A DNA stretch of 64,000 bases from an uncultured Paludibacter sp. (GCA_963678465.1 OY782858.1:877810-941809), one strand, 5' to 3'. Positions 51,294-60,999 are shown, counted from the stretch's first letter. Notes: generated by a model from the sequence alone, not told the origin. Program-made: numbers and translations.

Positions 51294-52244
51294 ATGGATA
51301 TTTCAGTAATTGTTCCGCTTTATAACGAAGAAGAGTCGCTCATTAAACTCTACGAATGGATAGAGCAGGTAATGGCAAGTAATAAATTCAGTTTTGAAGT
51401 CATTTTCATAAACGATGGCAGCACCGATCGTTCTTGGCAAATCATTGAGTCGCTACAGCAAAAATCAAGTAACGTACGAGGAATAAAATTCCGTAACAAT
51501 TACGGTAAGTCACCGGCATTATACTGCGGCTTCAAAGCTGCTCAGGGCGATGTTGTTATTACTATGGATGCTGATTTACAGGATAGTCCGGATGAAATAC
51601 CCGGACTTTACCGTATGATCAAAGACGAAAACTACGACCTTGTATCGGGTTGGAAAAAGAAACGTTACGATTCAAAACTTACCAAAAATCTACCATCTAA
51701 GTTATATAACGCTACAGCCCGCAAAGTGACAGGATTAAAACTCCATGACATGAATTGTGGACTTAAAGCTTATCGGTCAGATGTAATTAAAAACATCGAG
51801 GTATACGGCGAGATGCACCGTTACATTCCGTTTCTCGCTAAAAATGCTGGTTTTAAGCGTATTGGTGAAAAAGTAGTGGAACACCGCAAACGAGAATTTG
51901 GCGAAACTAAATTTGGTCTGAACCGTTTTGTAAATGGATATCTCGACTTAATAACATTGTGGTTTCTATCAAAGTTCGGTAAAAAGCCTATGCATTTTTT
52001 CGGTTTGTATGGCAGCCTTATGTTTTTGCTTGGCTTTTTGGCCGTTGTCGTGGTGGGCGCTAGTAAACTTTATGCTTTGTTTTCGCACATTCCGGCCCGA
52101 TTGGTGACCGAAAGTCCGTACTTTTACTTAGCTATGTTAGCCATGATTTTAGGGACGCTCTTGTTTTTAACCGGCTTTATAGGTGAACTGATTGCCCGTA
52201 ATTCTCCCGAACGCAATAACTATTTGATTGAAAAGGAAATTTAA
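51294..52244 (+). CDS. Glycosyltransferase family 2 (DPM/ArnC-like)
   Basis: VIVPLYNEEE, INDGSTD, NYGKS, MDADLQD, HDMNCGLKAY. Confidence 0.93.
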   Translation: MDISVIVPLYNEEESLIKLYEWIEQVMASNKFSFEVIFINDGSTDRSWQIIESLQQKSSNVRGIKFRNNYGKSPALYCGFKAAQGDVVITMDADLQDSPDEIPGLYRMIKDENYDLVSGWKKKRYDSKLTKNLPSKLYNATARKVTGLKLHDMNCGLKAYRSDVIKNIEVYGEMHRYIPFLAKNAGFKRIGEKVVEHRKREFGETKFGLNRFVNGYLDLITLWFLSKFGKKPMHFFGLYGSLMFLLGFLAVVVVGASKLYALFSHIPARLVTESPYFYLAMLAMILGTLLFLTGFIGELIARNSPERNNYLIEKEI

Positions 52245-52321
52245 ATAAAATAGTTTTGAGTTTGCATACAGTAAATAGTGAAAAGCGACGATAAATAACT
52301 GTTTAAGAATTAATTGATGAA

Positions 52322-52696
52322 ATGAAACATTTGCTGTTAGTTGGTCTTGGAGGGTTTATTGGAAGTGTAGCAAGGTTTCTGGTTTCGAAACTGAATCTTT
52401 CGTGGCATTTTCTTTCGATACCAATGGGTACGCTCACAGTAAACGTTTTGGGCAGTTTTATCATTGGCATATTGGTGGGTATTTCGGTTAAAAGTGACCT
52501 TATCACTACTGATTTACGCCTTTTTTTAATGGTTGGGTTTTGTGGTGGTTTCACCACTTTTTCTTCGTTCAGTAGCGAAAATCTTATGTTAATGCAAAAC
52601 GGACAGGTAGTTACTGTGCTTATTTACACAGCACTTAGTATTCTGTTGGGATTTTTGGCTGTATATTTGGGTTATATTTTTACAAATTTGCTGTAA
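52322..52696 (+). CDS. crcB: Fluoride channel Fluc/CrcB
   Basis: GGFIGSVAR, GTLTVNVLGSF, GFCGGFTTFSSF. Confidence 0.95.
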   Translation: MKHLLLVGLGGFIGSVARFLVSKLNLSWHFLSIPMGTLTVNVLGSFIIGILVGISVKSDLITTDLRLFLMVGFCGGFTTFSSFSSENLMLMQNGQVVTVLIYTALSILLGFLAVYLGYIFTNLL

Positions 52697-52724
52697 AGTT
52701 GTTTTAAAAAACAAGCGAAAAGTT

Positions 52725-53078
52725 ATGGAAAACAGTATCCTTAAAATATATATAAGCAGTACCGATAAAACCGGTAGTGATTTATTATACGAGCATATTG
52801 TGAGAAAAGCAAAAGAGCAGGGATTGTCGGGCGCTACAGTATATCGTGGAATAATGGGATACGGACCGAGCAGTCAGCACATCAACACTTCAAGATATTG
52901 GGAACTGACGGAAAAACTTCCCGTCGTTGTTGAACTGATTGATACAACACAGGCCCTCAATGCCTTTTACACATATATGGAAACTGAATTTAAACAACTT
53001 CCAAAAGGCAGTCTTATCACTATACAGCCCATAGATATAAAACTGTACAAAGTCGGTTTAAAGACAAAAAATCAATAA
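52725..53078 (+). CDS. DUF190 (PII-like) protein
   Basis: GLSGATVYRGIMGYG, KLPVVVELID; usual crcB neighbour. Confidence 0.88.
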   Translation: MENSILKIYISSTDKTGSDLLYEHIVRKAKEQGLSGATVYRGIMGYGPSSQHINTSRYWELTEKLPVVVELIDTTQALNAFYTYMETEFKQLPKGSLITIQPIDIKLYKVGLKTKNQ

Positions 53079-53103
53079 ATCAGCGCTTTAAATAATAATT
53101 GAA

Positions 53104-53616
53104 ATGATAGAAATTCTTAAAATAGTTTTACCTGCACTTCTTGTTTTGTTGACTGCATATTTGCTGATAGACAAACTGTTGCGCAACGAAGAACAACGAA
53201 GAAATTTCGAGATAAGAAAGAAAAATAACTCCATAGTTACGCCGGTACGATTAAGAGCTTACGAACGCTTGATGCTTGTACTCGAACGAACAAGCCCTAA
53301 TACTATTGTTATAAGCACAATAAAACCGGGAATGACATCCTTTGACCTGCATACACAACTTGTTGAGAACATACGCAATGAATTCAGCCATAATTCGGCA
53401 CAGCAAATATATGTGAGCAACGAACTTTGGAATGCCATCTGTATGGCACAGGAAAGCCTGATACAATTGATTAACGGTTGCGCCTCAAAGGTTCAGCCAG
53501 AGATGGAAGCAACAAAGTTAGCTGAAATTATTATTCAGGTGTATTCATCTGTAGAACAAACACCAACAGAAATAGCCGCTAAATTATTAAAAAAAGAAGT
53601 AAGCCTGCTAATGTAA
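53104..53616 (+). CDS. Conserved membrane-anchored hypothetical protein
   Basis: N-terminal TM; RLRAYERLMLVLER, IRNEFSHN..QQIYVS. Confidence 0.8.
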   Translation: MIEILKIVLPALLVLLTAYLLIDKLLRNEEQRRNFEIRKKNNSIVTPVRLRAYERLMLVLERTSPNTIVISTIKPGMTSFDLHTQLVENIRNEFSHNSAQQIYVSNELWNAICMAQESLIQLINGCASKVQPEMEATKLAEIIIQVYSSVEQTPTEIAAKLLKKEVSLLM

Positions 53617-53641
53617 TTATAAACTGAAGCAACACTCCATT

Positions 53642-54124
53642 ATGAAATTATTTAAATACATATATTTACTTGTCCTGCTTTTTCTGGTTGCCTGTACGCA
53701 GACAGAGAACTGTACACAAGAGAAAAATGTGTTGATGCAAATTGGATTTTATAAAAAAACCATGGACAGCACCACCAACATTTACACTAAATCGGCTTTA
53801 ACTGTCGACAGTATTTGGGTAATGGGACTGGGTACTGATTCATTCCTTTACAATAAAAAAACAAGTATCAAATCCATCAATATCCCACTTAAAAAAACGA
53901 TAGAACAAACTGATTACATCGTTCGTTTCAACAATACAACTGATACAATTTCGATATTTCACACTAACAACGACAGGTATTATATATCGCTCGAATGTGG
54001 AACTGTAGTAGCGCATAGCATCGACGAAATTGTTTCGACAGGTCATTTTATCGATTCTGTTTCAATTATTAACCGAGACATAAACACAACAAATGCAGAG
54101 AACATACAAATTTATCATTTTTAG
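53642..54124 (+). CDS. Lipoprotein (DUF6452-like)
   Basis: Lipobox LVAC; YISLECG motif. Confidence 0.7.
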   Translation: MKLFKYIYLLVLLFLVACTQTENCTQEKNVLMQIGFYKKTMDSTTNIYTKSALTVDSIWVMGLGTDSFLYNKKTSIKSINIPLKKTIEQTDYIVRFNNTTDTISIFHTNNDRYYISLECGTVVAHSIDEIVSTGHFIDSVSIINRDINTTNAENIQIYHF

Positions 54125-54779
54125 TTTACTGCTATTGATCAGTGTTTTATCTGCCAGTGCACAGGTAAAGACAGTGCCAAAAGATACTGTATTTACGCCT
54201 TTGTACAATGGCATTAGATTAGATGTAGATATTTCTCCGGTTTTTAAAACATTGCTATCGGGCAACGAAACTTTTTCGTACGAAGCGGCTATTCTGGTGA
54301 ATTTAAAACGTAAATACTTTCCGGTGATAGAAATGGGTTATGCCGGAGCCGACAAAATAACGGAGAACAATATCGGGTTTAAAACAAATGGTATTTTCGG
54401 AAGGGCTGGTATCGATTTTAATTTGATGAAATCAAAAACCAACAAGAAAAACGCCAACAATCTTTTTTTTGTAGGTGCTCGCCTGGGATTTGCAAATTTT
54501 AAATATGACCTGACCAATGTGGTGATTACCGACGATTACTGGAAAGAGAACCTGACAATGAATTACAGGGACGAATCGAGTTCGAAAATGTGGTTCGAGA
54601 TCGTAGCAGGAATGCGTGTGGAAATCGTCAAAAATATATTTATGGGCTGGACGGTTCGAAATAAAAATCTGATAGGCGAAGACCAGATTGGTACAATGTC
54701 GCCCTGGTATATTCCCGGCTTTGGAAAAACTACAGGTTCGGCCTGGACAGTCAACTATGCAATTGGGTATAAATTCTGA
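54093..54779 (+). CDS. Outer-membrane beta-barrel-like protein (DUF6048-like)
   Basis: Signal peptide, amphipathic beta pattern, WYIPGFGK, terminal YKF. Confidence 0.7.
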   Translation: MQRTYKFIIFSLLLLISVLSASAQVKTVPKDTVFTPLYNGIRLDVDISPVFKTLLSGNETFSYEAAILVNLKRKYFPVIEMGYAGADKITENNIGFKTNGIFGRAGIDFNLMKSKTNKKNANNLFFVGARLGFANFKYDLTNVVITDDYWKENLTMNYRDESSSKMWFEIVAGMRVEIVKNIFMGWTVRNKNLIGEDQIGTMSPWYIPGFGKTTGSAWTVNYAIGYKF

Positions 54780-54812
54780 AAAAGAAACAACAATCAAAAA
54801 AAATAATAATTT

Positions 54813-56837
54813 ATGAATTCAACACAAACATTAAATCGTGCAGCCGATAATATCCGTATTTTGGCAGCATCGGCAGTGGAAAAAGCTAAGTCAGGTCATC
54901 CGGGTGGTGCCATGGGTGGTGCTGATTTTATCAATGTACTTTACTCTGAGTTTTTGGAATATGATCCTAAGAATCCTAAATGGGAAGGTCGCGACCGCAT
55001 GTTCCTCGATCCTGGTCACATGTCGCCAATGCTTTATTCGGTATTGGCTTGTGCAGGTAAATACAGCATGGACGAACTGGCTCAGTTCCGCCAATGGAAT
55101 AGCCCAACTCCGGGACACCCTGAAGTTGACATTATGCGTGGCGTTGAAAACACATCAGGTCCTCTCGGACAAGGCCACACTTATGCTGTAGGTGCTGCTA
55201 TTGCTGCTAAATTTCTCCAGGCACGTTTTGGTGAAGTAATGAGCCAAACGATTTATACTTTTATTTCGGATGGTGGAGTTCAGGAAGAAATTTCGCAGGG
55301 AGCTGGTCGTTTGGCCGGTCACTTAGGACTGAATAACCTGATTATGTTCTACGATTCGAATGATATTCAGCTTTCGACAGAAACAAAAGATGTAAGTACC
55401 GAAAATACTGCTCAAAAATATGCTTCGTGGGGTTGGAAAATTATTGAAATTAACGGTAACGATGCAGAACAAATCCGCGCTGCGCTTACCGAAGCTAAGG
55501 CCGAAAAAGAAAAACCAACCCTGATTATTGGTAAAACAATTATGGGTAAAGGTGCGCGTAAAGCGGATGGTTCGAGCTTCGAAAATCAATGTGCTACTCA
55601 CGGTATGCCATTGAGCGAAGGCGGAGCTTCGTATGTTGAAAGTATTAAAAACTTAGGTGGAAATCCTGAAAATCCGTTTGTAATTTTCGAAGAAACAAAA
55701 GCATTATATGCTAAACGTGCTGCTGAATTAGAAACTATTGTTGCTGCGAAATATGCTGCGAAAGCTGAATGGGCAAAAGCAAATCCTGAATTGGCTGCCA
55801 AACTAGAGACTTTCTTCTCGGGCAAAGCTCCTATCGTAAATTGGGATGCTGTAGTTCAGAAACCGGGACAAGCAACACGCGCTGCCTCGGCAACTGTATT
55901 GGCCGAATTGGCAAAGCAAGTTGAAAACATGGTGGTATCGAGTGCCGACTTGTCGAACTCTGATAAAACTGATGGTTTCCTTAAAAACACAAAAGCATTT
56001 ACTAAAGGCGATTTTTCGGGTGCATTTCTTCAGGCTGGTGTAGCTGAGTTGACTATGGCTTGCGTTTGTATCGGTATGAGTCTGCATGGTGGTGTGATTC
56101 CTGCCTGCGCTACTTTCTTTGTATTCTCCGATTATATGAAACCAGCGGTACGTATGGCAGCTTTGATGGAACAACCCGTTAAATTTATCTGGACTCACGA
56201 TGCTTTCCGCGTTGGTGAAGATGGACCAACCCACGAACCGGTTGAACAGGAAGCACAAATCAGATTGATGGAGAAACTGAAAAATCACAAAGGTCATAAT
56301 TCAATGCTGGTACTTCGTCCCGCTGATGTGGAAGAATGTACTGTAGCTTGGCGCATGGCTTTAGAGAACACCTTCACTCCTACCGGCCTGATTCTTTCCC
56401 GTCAGAATATTGCAGACCTTCCTTCGGCTAACGGACGTAAGGTTGATGCTGTTCAGGCAGAAAAAGGTGGCTACATTGTTGAATGCGACGGCCATCCTGA
56501 TGTAATTTTAGTTGCTTCTGGTTCTGAAGTTGCTACACTGAACGAAGGCGCAGCTTTGCTTCGTGCCGATGGTATAAAAATCCGCTTAGTGTCGGTACCT
56601 TCCGAAGGTTTGTTCCGCAGTCAGTCGGCCGAATATCAGGAAAGTGTATTGCCAAAAGGAGCTAAAATATTTGGTTTAACTGCCGGTTTACCAGTGAATC
56701 TTGAAGGTTTGGTTGGTGCCAATGGTAAAGTTTTCGGACTTGAATCTTTCGGTTTCTCGGCTCCCTACAAAGTGCTCGATGAAAAACTCGGATTCACAGG
56801 TAAGAACGTGTACGAACAAGTAAAAAAGATGATTTGA
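54813..56837 (+). CDS. tkt: Transketolase
   Basis: SGHPGGAMG, TPGHPE, GPLGQG, SDGGVQEEIS, THDAFRVGEDGPTHEP. Confidence 0.96.
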   Translation: MNSTQTLNRAADNIRILAASAVEKAKSGHPGGAMGGADFINVLYSEFLEYDPKNPKWEGRDRMFLDPGHMSPMLYSVLACAGKYSMDELAQFRQWNSPTPGHPEVDIMRGVENTSGPLGQGHTYAVGAAIAAKFLQARFGEVMSQTIYTFISDGGVQEEISQGAGRLAGHLGLNNLIMFYDSNDIQLSTETKDVSTENTAQKYASWGWKIIEINGNDAEQIRAALTEAKAEKEKPTLIIGKTIMGKGARKADGSSFENQCATHGMPLSEGGASYVESIKNLGGNPENPFVIFEETKALYAKRAAELETIVAAKYAAKAEWAKANPELAAKLETFFSGKAPIVNWDAVVQKPGQATRAASATVLAELAKQVENMVVSSADLSNSDKTDGFLKNTKAFTKGDFSGAFLQAGVAELTMACVCIGMSLHGGVIPACATFFVFSDYMKPAVRMAALMEQPVKFIWTHDAFRVGEDGPTHEPVEQEAQIRLMEKLKNHKGHNSMLVLRPADVEECTVAWRMALENTFTPTGLILSRQNIADLPSANGRKVDAVQAEKGGYIVECDGHPDVILVASGSEVATLNEGAALLRADGIKIRLVSVPSEGLFRSQSAEYQESVLPKGAKIFGLTAGLPVNLEGLVGANGKVFGLESFGFSAPYKVLDEKLGFTGKNVYEQVKKMI

Positions 56838-56962
56838 GAATTTAACGATTTGAGAATTTGAAAATTAAAAGAGAAGATTTGTTAACTTTTTGAGTTGGCA
56901 AATCTTCTTAATTATTTCAATTTCTTTCATTTATAATATCTTCAAATTCTCTAATTCTCAAA
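56833..56962. repeat. Inverted 8-mer arrays flanking a terminator hairpin
   Basis: tttgagaa/tttaacga/tttgagaa/tttgaaaa, then hairpin 56872-56908, then tcttcaaa/ttctctaa/ttctcaaa. Confidence 0.7.
56872..56908 (+). terminator. Terminator after tkt
   Basis: agaagatttgttaact...agttggcaaatcttct stem. Confidence 0.65.
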
Positions 56963-56971
56963 TTTTGATTT

Positions 56972-57538
56972 ATGGATATACTTTCCATCATTATTATCAG
57001 CATTGGCTTAGCTATGGATTGCTTTGCAGTATCGATTAGCAAAGGCATTTGTCTGAAAAAATTTAAAATTAAAAAAGCATTCAGAATGGCCATCCTTTTT
57101 GGTGGTTTTCAAGCATTAATGCCTTTGGTTGGTTATTTTGCTGGTTACAGTTTTGCCGATCAAATAACCACCTACGACCATTGGATTGCATTTATTCTTT
57201 TAGGAATTATTGGTATAAAAATGTTTATCGAGGGACTTCATCCTATCGATCCTCAATGTGACATTTCGCCCAATCCTTTCAAATGGAAAACGCTTGTTAC
57301 ATTGGCTCTTGCAACCAGTATTGATGCTATGGCTACAGGTATTGTATTTGTACCGTATCCCGAAAAAATAGGGTTTGCTGCCATTGTAATTGGCTTTACA
57401 AGTTTAATATTTACAATGATTGGTGTATTTCTTGGCGTTCGTTTTCGACATAGAATAAAAATAAACGTGGAGATACTTGGAGGAATTATTCTCTTCGGTA
57501 TTGGTACAAAAATTCTTATTGAACATTTATACGCATAG
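56972..57538 (+). CDS. mntP: Manganese efflux pump MntP
   Basis: GLAMDCFAVS, FQALMP, DHWIAF, LALATSIDAMA. Confidence 0.92.
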   Translation: MDILSIIIISIGLAMDCFAVSISKGICLKKFKIKKAFRMAILFGGFQALMPLVGYFAGYSFADQITTYDHWIAFILLGIIGIKMFIEGLHPIDPQCDISPNPFKWKTLVTLALATSIDAMATGIVFVPYPEKIGFAAIVIGFTSLIFTMIGVFLGVRFRHRIKINVEILGGIILFGIGTKILIEHLYA

Positions 57539-57599
57539 TAGAGTTAAGAAAAATACTCATTTACAAACTTATCAGGATGAATACCTGACTATTATTTTT

Positions 57600-58820
57600 A
57601 TGAATTCAAAAAAACTTTTTCTCTTCGTATCCGTACTCATTTCATCTTTAAATAGTTTTGCCGCCGATTCTTCGGTGGGTTATCAATTATATGGATTTGT
57701 AAGAAATGATTTTTATATTAATTCCCGACAAAATGTTGAAGCGCTTGATGGACTGTTCAATATTTTTCCGAAACCAGTGAGCTTAAATGCTGTTGGTAAG
57801 GATATAAATGCAGTGCCAAATGCCGAAATGTTGAGCGTGGCTACCCGGCTTGGGTTTGATTTTAGAGGAACACCAATATTGGGCGCCAAATCTACGGCTA
57901 AAATTGAATTTGACTTTGCCGGTATTTCTTCAAGTTATTATCTCATACGTATTCGTCAGGCATTTTTGAAACTCAATTGGGATAAAACCGAATTACTTGT
58001 GGGCCAAACCTGGCATCCATTGTTTGGCAGTGTTTTACCCACAATTCCTTCACTGAACACCGGAAGTCCATTTCAACCTTTCAATCGCAGTCCGCAACTG
58101 CGTGTGAAACGTATGCTTACGAATGAACTTTCACTGATAGGTTCAGTGAATTATCAAATGCAATATATGTCGCAGGGACCATTGGGCGCAAGTCCCTCCT
58201 ATTTAAAAAGTGCCTTGTTGCCCGATATTTTTCTTGGTCTCGAAAGCAAAAGTAAGCATTGGATTTCGGGTGTCGGTTTCGATACCAAAACGCTTAAAAT
58301 CAATGATGCAAGCTTAACTTCGGGTAGCGCTGTGGCTTATACTCAGTATGTCGACAATAAACTACAGATTAAAGCCAAAGCCATTTACGGACAGAACCTG
58401 AGCGACCATCTGATGATTGGTGGTTATGGCATCAGCAATCAATCAACAACAAACGAAATTGTTTATACCAATTTCAACACCCTGAGTTCGTGGTTGAATA
58501 TAGTGTACGGAACAAAAGTACAAGCAGGCATTTTCATGGGGATTTCACAGAATTTAGGAACCAATAAAACTCTCAACATCGATGCAGCGAAAAAAATCAC
58601 CGCTTACGGTTATGGTTTCTATGCCGACAGTCAGCAGTTGATGGACAGACTGTTCCGGGTTGCTCCACACATTACCTACAATTTATCCAACTTTAAACTT
58701 GGTTTCGAATATGAGCTTACTTCGGCCAATTACGGAAGAATACAACGCAAAGGAAGGATCGAAAATAGCTCAACAGTCACTAATCATCGTGCCACAGCAA
58801 CCATAAGTTATATCTTCTAA
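57600..58820 (+). CDS. Outer-membrane porin-like protein (DcaP-like)
   Basis: Signal peptide; LYGFVRND, RLGFD, IEFDF, IRIRQAF, GQTWHP, NRSPQLR; terminal YIF. Confidence 0.65.
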   Translation: MNSKKLFLFVSVLISSLNSFAADSSVGYQLYGFVRNDFYINSRQNVEALDGLFNIFPKPVSLNAVGKDINAVPNAEMLSVATRLGFDFRGTPILGAKSTAKIEFDFAGISSSYYLIRIRQAFLKLNWDKTELLVGQTWHPLFGSVLPTIPSLNTGSPFQPFNRSPQLRVKRMLTNELSLIGSVNYQMQYMSQGPLGASPSYLKSALLPDIFLGLESKSKHWISGVGFDTKTLKINDASLTSGSAVAYTQYVDNKLQIKAKAIYGQNLSDHLMIGGYGISNQSTTNEIVYTNFNTLSSWLNIVYGTKVQAGIFMGISQNLGTNKTLNIDAAKKITAYGYGFYADSQQLMDRLFRVAPHITYNLSNFKLGFEYELTSANYGRIQRKGRIENSSTVTNHRATATISYIF

Positions 58821-58885
58821 ATTCATTCTAACAGGGAAGCAAATCCAATTTTCCATCGAATTGCTTACAATTCATTGTTTTTGTG

Positions 58886-58893
58886 TAAGTTTG
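58886..58893 (+). promoter_or_regulatory. -7 promoter box (TAAGTTTG) for rlmB
   Basis: TAnnTTTG 62 nt upstream of the ATG. Confidence 0.55.
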
Positions 58894-58954
58894 CAAACCG
58901 AAAATGTATTATGACCGATGAACTCATTTCACTGAAAGAAAACATATTAATAAA

Positions 58955-59734
58955 ATGATAAACTACAAAAATAAACAACGTCCCGAGAAAGACATGATTT
59001 TCGGGATACGCGCCGTTATAGAAGCCATTCAGGCAGGAAAAGAAATTGACAAGATTTTGATGCGACGTGATATGACAAGTGAGCTGTCGAGAGAGCTTTT
59101 TGCTGCCCTCAATGGCATGCAAGTGCCCGTTCAATACGTTCCGCTCGAAAAACTGAATAAGCTCACGGTGAAGAACCATCAGGGAGCTATTGCTTTTATT
59201 TCTCCAGTGGCTTATCAACGCATCGAAGACATTATTCCCGGCATTTATGAACAGGGCAAAATGCCTTTTATTGTGGTGCTTGATGGCATTACCGATGTTC
59301 GTAATTTCGGAGCGATAGCCCGTACCTGCGAATGTGCTGGTGTGGATGCCATAGTTATTCCTACCAAAGGAGGAGCTTCCATCAGTGCTGATGCAATAAA
59401 AACTTCGGCCGGCGCTTTGCTTTCCATCCCTGTATGCCGCGAAGAAAATCTGGGAAATGCACTTAAATTTCTTGTAGCCTCGGGAATTAAGTTGGTGGCT
59501 GCAAGCGAAAAAGCAACTAAAAACTATACGCAAGCCATTCTTTCCGAACCTATTGCATTTATAATGGGAGCCGAAGACGAAGGCGTTTCTCCCGATCATC
59601 TCCGTTTGTGCGACGAAATGGTGAGTATTCCCATGTCGGGCAGCATTGCTTCGCTCAATGTGTCGGTAGCTACCGGTGTTTTGCTCTACGAAGCTGTTCG
59701 TCAACGCGCCATAATAGATTCGGTGATTGGGTAA
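58955..59734 (+). CDS. rlmB: 23S rRNA Gm2251 methyltransferase (SpoU family)
   Basis: NHQG, DVRNFGAIART, KTSAGA, IMGAEDEG, IPMSGSIASLNVSVA. Confidence 0.92.
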   Translation: MINYKNKQRPEKDMIFGIRAVIEAIQAGKEIDKILMRRDMTSELSRELFAALNGMQVPVQYVPLEKLNKLTVKNHQGAIAFISPVAYQRIEDIIPGIYEQGKMPFIVVLDGITDVRNFGAIARTCECAGVDAIVIPTKGGASISADAIKTSAGALLSIPVCREENLGNALKFLVASGIKLVAASEKATKNYTQAILSEPIAFIMGAEDEGVSPDHLRLCDEMVSIPMSGSIASLNVSVATGVLLYEAVRQRAIIDSVIG

Positions 59735-59742
59735 ATTAAAAA

Positions 59743-59838
59743 ATGAAGAGTTTGAGAATTTGAAGATTTGAGGAGTTGGTGAGTAGATGATTGACAGTTC
59801 AACGCTTCAACAGTTCAACGATTGAACGCTTCAACATT
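59743..59838. repeat. 8-mer arrays in facing orientations
   Basis: tttgagaa/tttgaaga/tttgagga, then ttcaacgc/ttcaacag/ttcaacga/ttgaacgc/ttcaacat. Confidence 0.7.
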
Positions 59839-59850
59839 GACACATAAAGA

Positions 59851-60540
59851 ATGACAGTACTTTACGAAGACAACCATATCATTGCTGTGAACAAAACCTG
59901 CTCTGAAATTGTGCAGGGCGACAAAACAGGCGATGAACCGCTTTCGGAAACCATAAAAAAGTACCTGAAAGAAAAATACAATAAGCCCGGGGAAGTATTT
60001 ACAGGTGTGACACATCGGCTCGACAGGCCGGTAAGTGGCGTTGTGCTCTTTGCCAAAACCAGTAAGGCACTCACACGATTGAACGAAATGTTTAAAAACC
60101 AGGAGGTAAAGAAAACCTATTGGGCCATTGTAAAAGAAAAACCGGCTCAGCCTGAAGGACGTTTAGAACATTTTCTGTTGCGAAACGAAAAGCAGAATAA
60201 ATCGGTGGCACACGACAAAATGGTACCGAATGCCAAAAAAGCTGCTTTATCCTACCAACTCATCGCCCACTCCGATAGCTATTATCTGCTTCAGATTCAT
60301 CTCGAAACAGGTCGTCATCATCAAATCCGTTGTCAGCTGGCCAAAATGGGTTGCCCCATCAAAGGCGATTTGAAATACGGCTTTCCGCGTTCAAATCCGA
60401 ATGGCGGCATTAGTCTGCATGCCCGAAACATTGAATTTATTCATCCGGTATCCAAACAACTGATTCAAATCACTGCTCCTGTTCCCGAAGATGATAAATT
60501 GTGGCAAACCATGGAGCAAATACTGAACAGCAAAGCTTAG
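59851..60540 (+). CDS. RluA-family pseudouridine synthase
   Basis: HRLDRPVSG, KKTYWAIV, ETGRHHQIR, PIKGDLKYG, LHA. Confidence 0.93.
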   Translation: MTVLYEDNHIIAVNKTCSEIVQGDKTGDEPLSETIKKYLKEKYNKPGEVFTGVTHRLDRPVSGVVLFAKTSKALTRLNEMFKNQEVKKTYWAIVKEKPAQPEGRLEHFLLRNEKQNKSVAHDKMVPNAKKAALSYQLIAHSDSYYLLQIHLETGRHHQIRCQLAKMGCPIKGDLKYGFPRSNPNGGISLHARNIEFIHPVSKQLIQITAPVPEDDKLWQTMEQILNSKA

Positions 60541-60610
60541 AATAAACAGAACACAGCATTTTGATTGCATTGACAGAACAGAAATTTTAAAAAAAATCTG
60601 CTTTGGCAAA

Positions 60611-60798
60611 GCCTGCGGCGCGGCCGAAAAGAAGAAATAAATTCAAAGGAGGCTTGCGGCCGGGCCGAATGCAAGAAAATATTCTGAAGCAAGCTTGCGG
60701 CCCGGCCGAAAGCATGAAATTAAAAAAATTGGTGCTTGCGGCCCGGCCGCAAAGAAGAAATAAATTCAAAGCAAGCTTGCGGCCGGGCCGCAAGCTTG
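60611..60798. repeat. Five GC-rich palindromic cores at an exact 41-bp period
   Basis: GCTTGCGGCC[C/G]GGCCG-like core at 60611, 60652, 60693, 60734, 60775 with 25-nt A-rich linkers. Confidence 0.92.
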
Positions 60799-60941
60799 AA
60801 TATGTTGGCCAAATTGGAAAATAAAACAAAAGATAATGTGTTTTCTATCGCTATTTTGGCCTGCATCCCGCAGGTAGATCATCGGCTAATCATTCTCTTG
60901 AGCTCACGCAAGAATAAACTGAATCCGTTTTTTATCCAATA

Positions 60942-60977
60942 AAAAAAGCTGCAAATTTATTTTTTGCAGCTTTTTTT
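60942..60977. terminator. Bidirectional terminator
   Basis: aaaaaaagctgcaaa-tttatt-ttttgcagcttttttt. Confidence 0.8.
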
Positions 60978-60999
60978 GTGAAACTAAAATAGAAAAGGA

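Noticed and set aside
52245-52321. Fluoride riboswitch upstream of crcB
   Set aside because: The short AT-rich spacer lacks the GGCGAUGG...UGAUG-type conserved core.
56838-56971. yybP-ykoY manganese riboswitch upstream of mntP
   Set aside because: The spacer is fully explained by 8-mer arrays and a terminator; no riboswitch consensus seen.
60611-60798. CRISPR array
   Set aside because: The 16-bp core and 25-bp linkers are too short, linkers 1 and 4 are near-identical, and there are no cas genes or leader. Kept as a phased repeat instead.
60587-60942. ORFs 60587-60829, 60603-60824 and 60736-60942
   Set aside because: By-products of the stop-poor 41-bp repeat; the core is read in a different frame in each unit.
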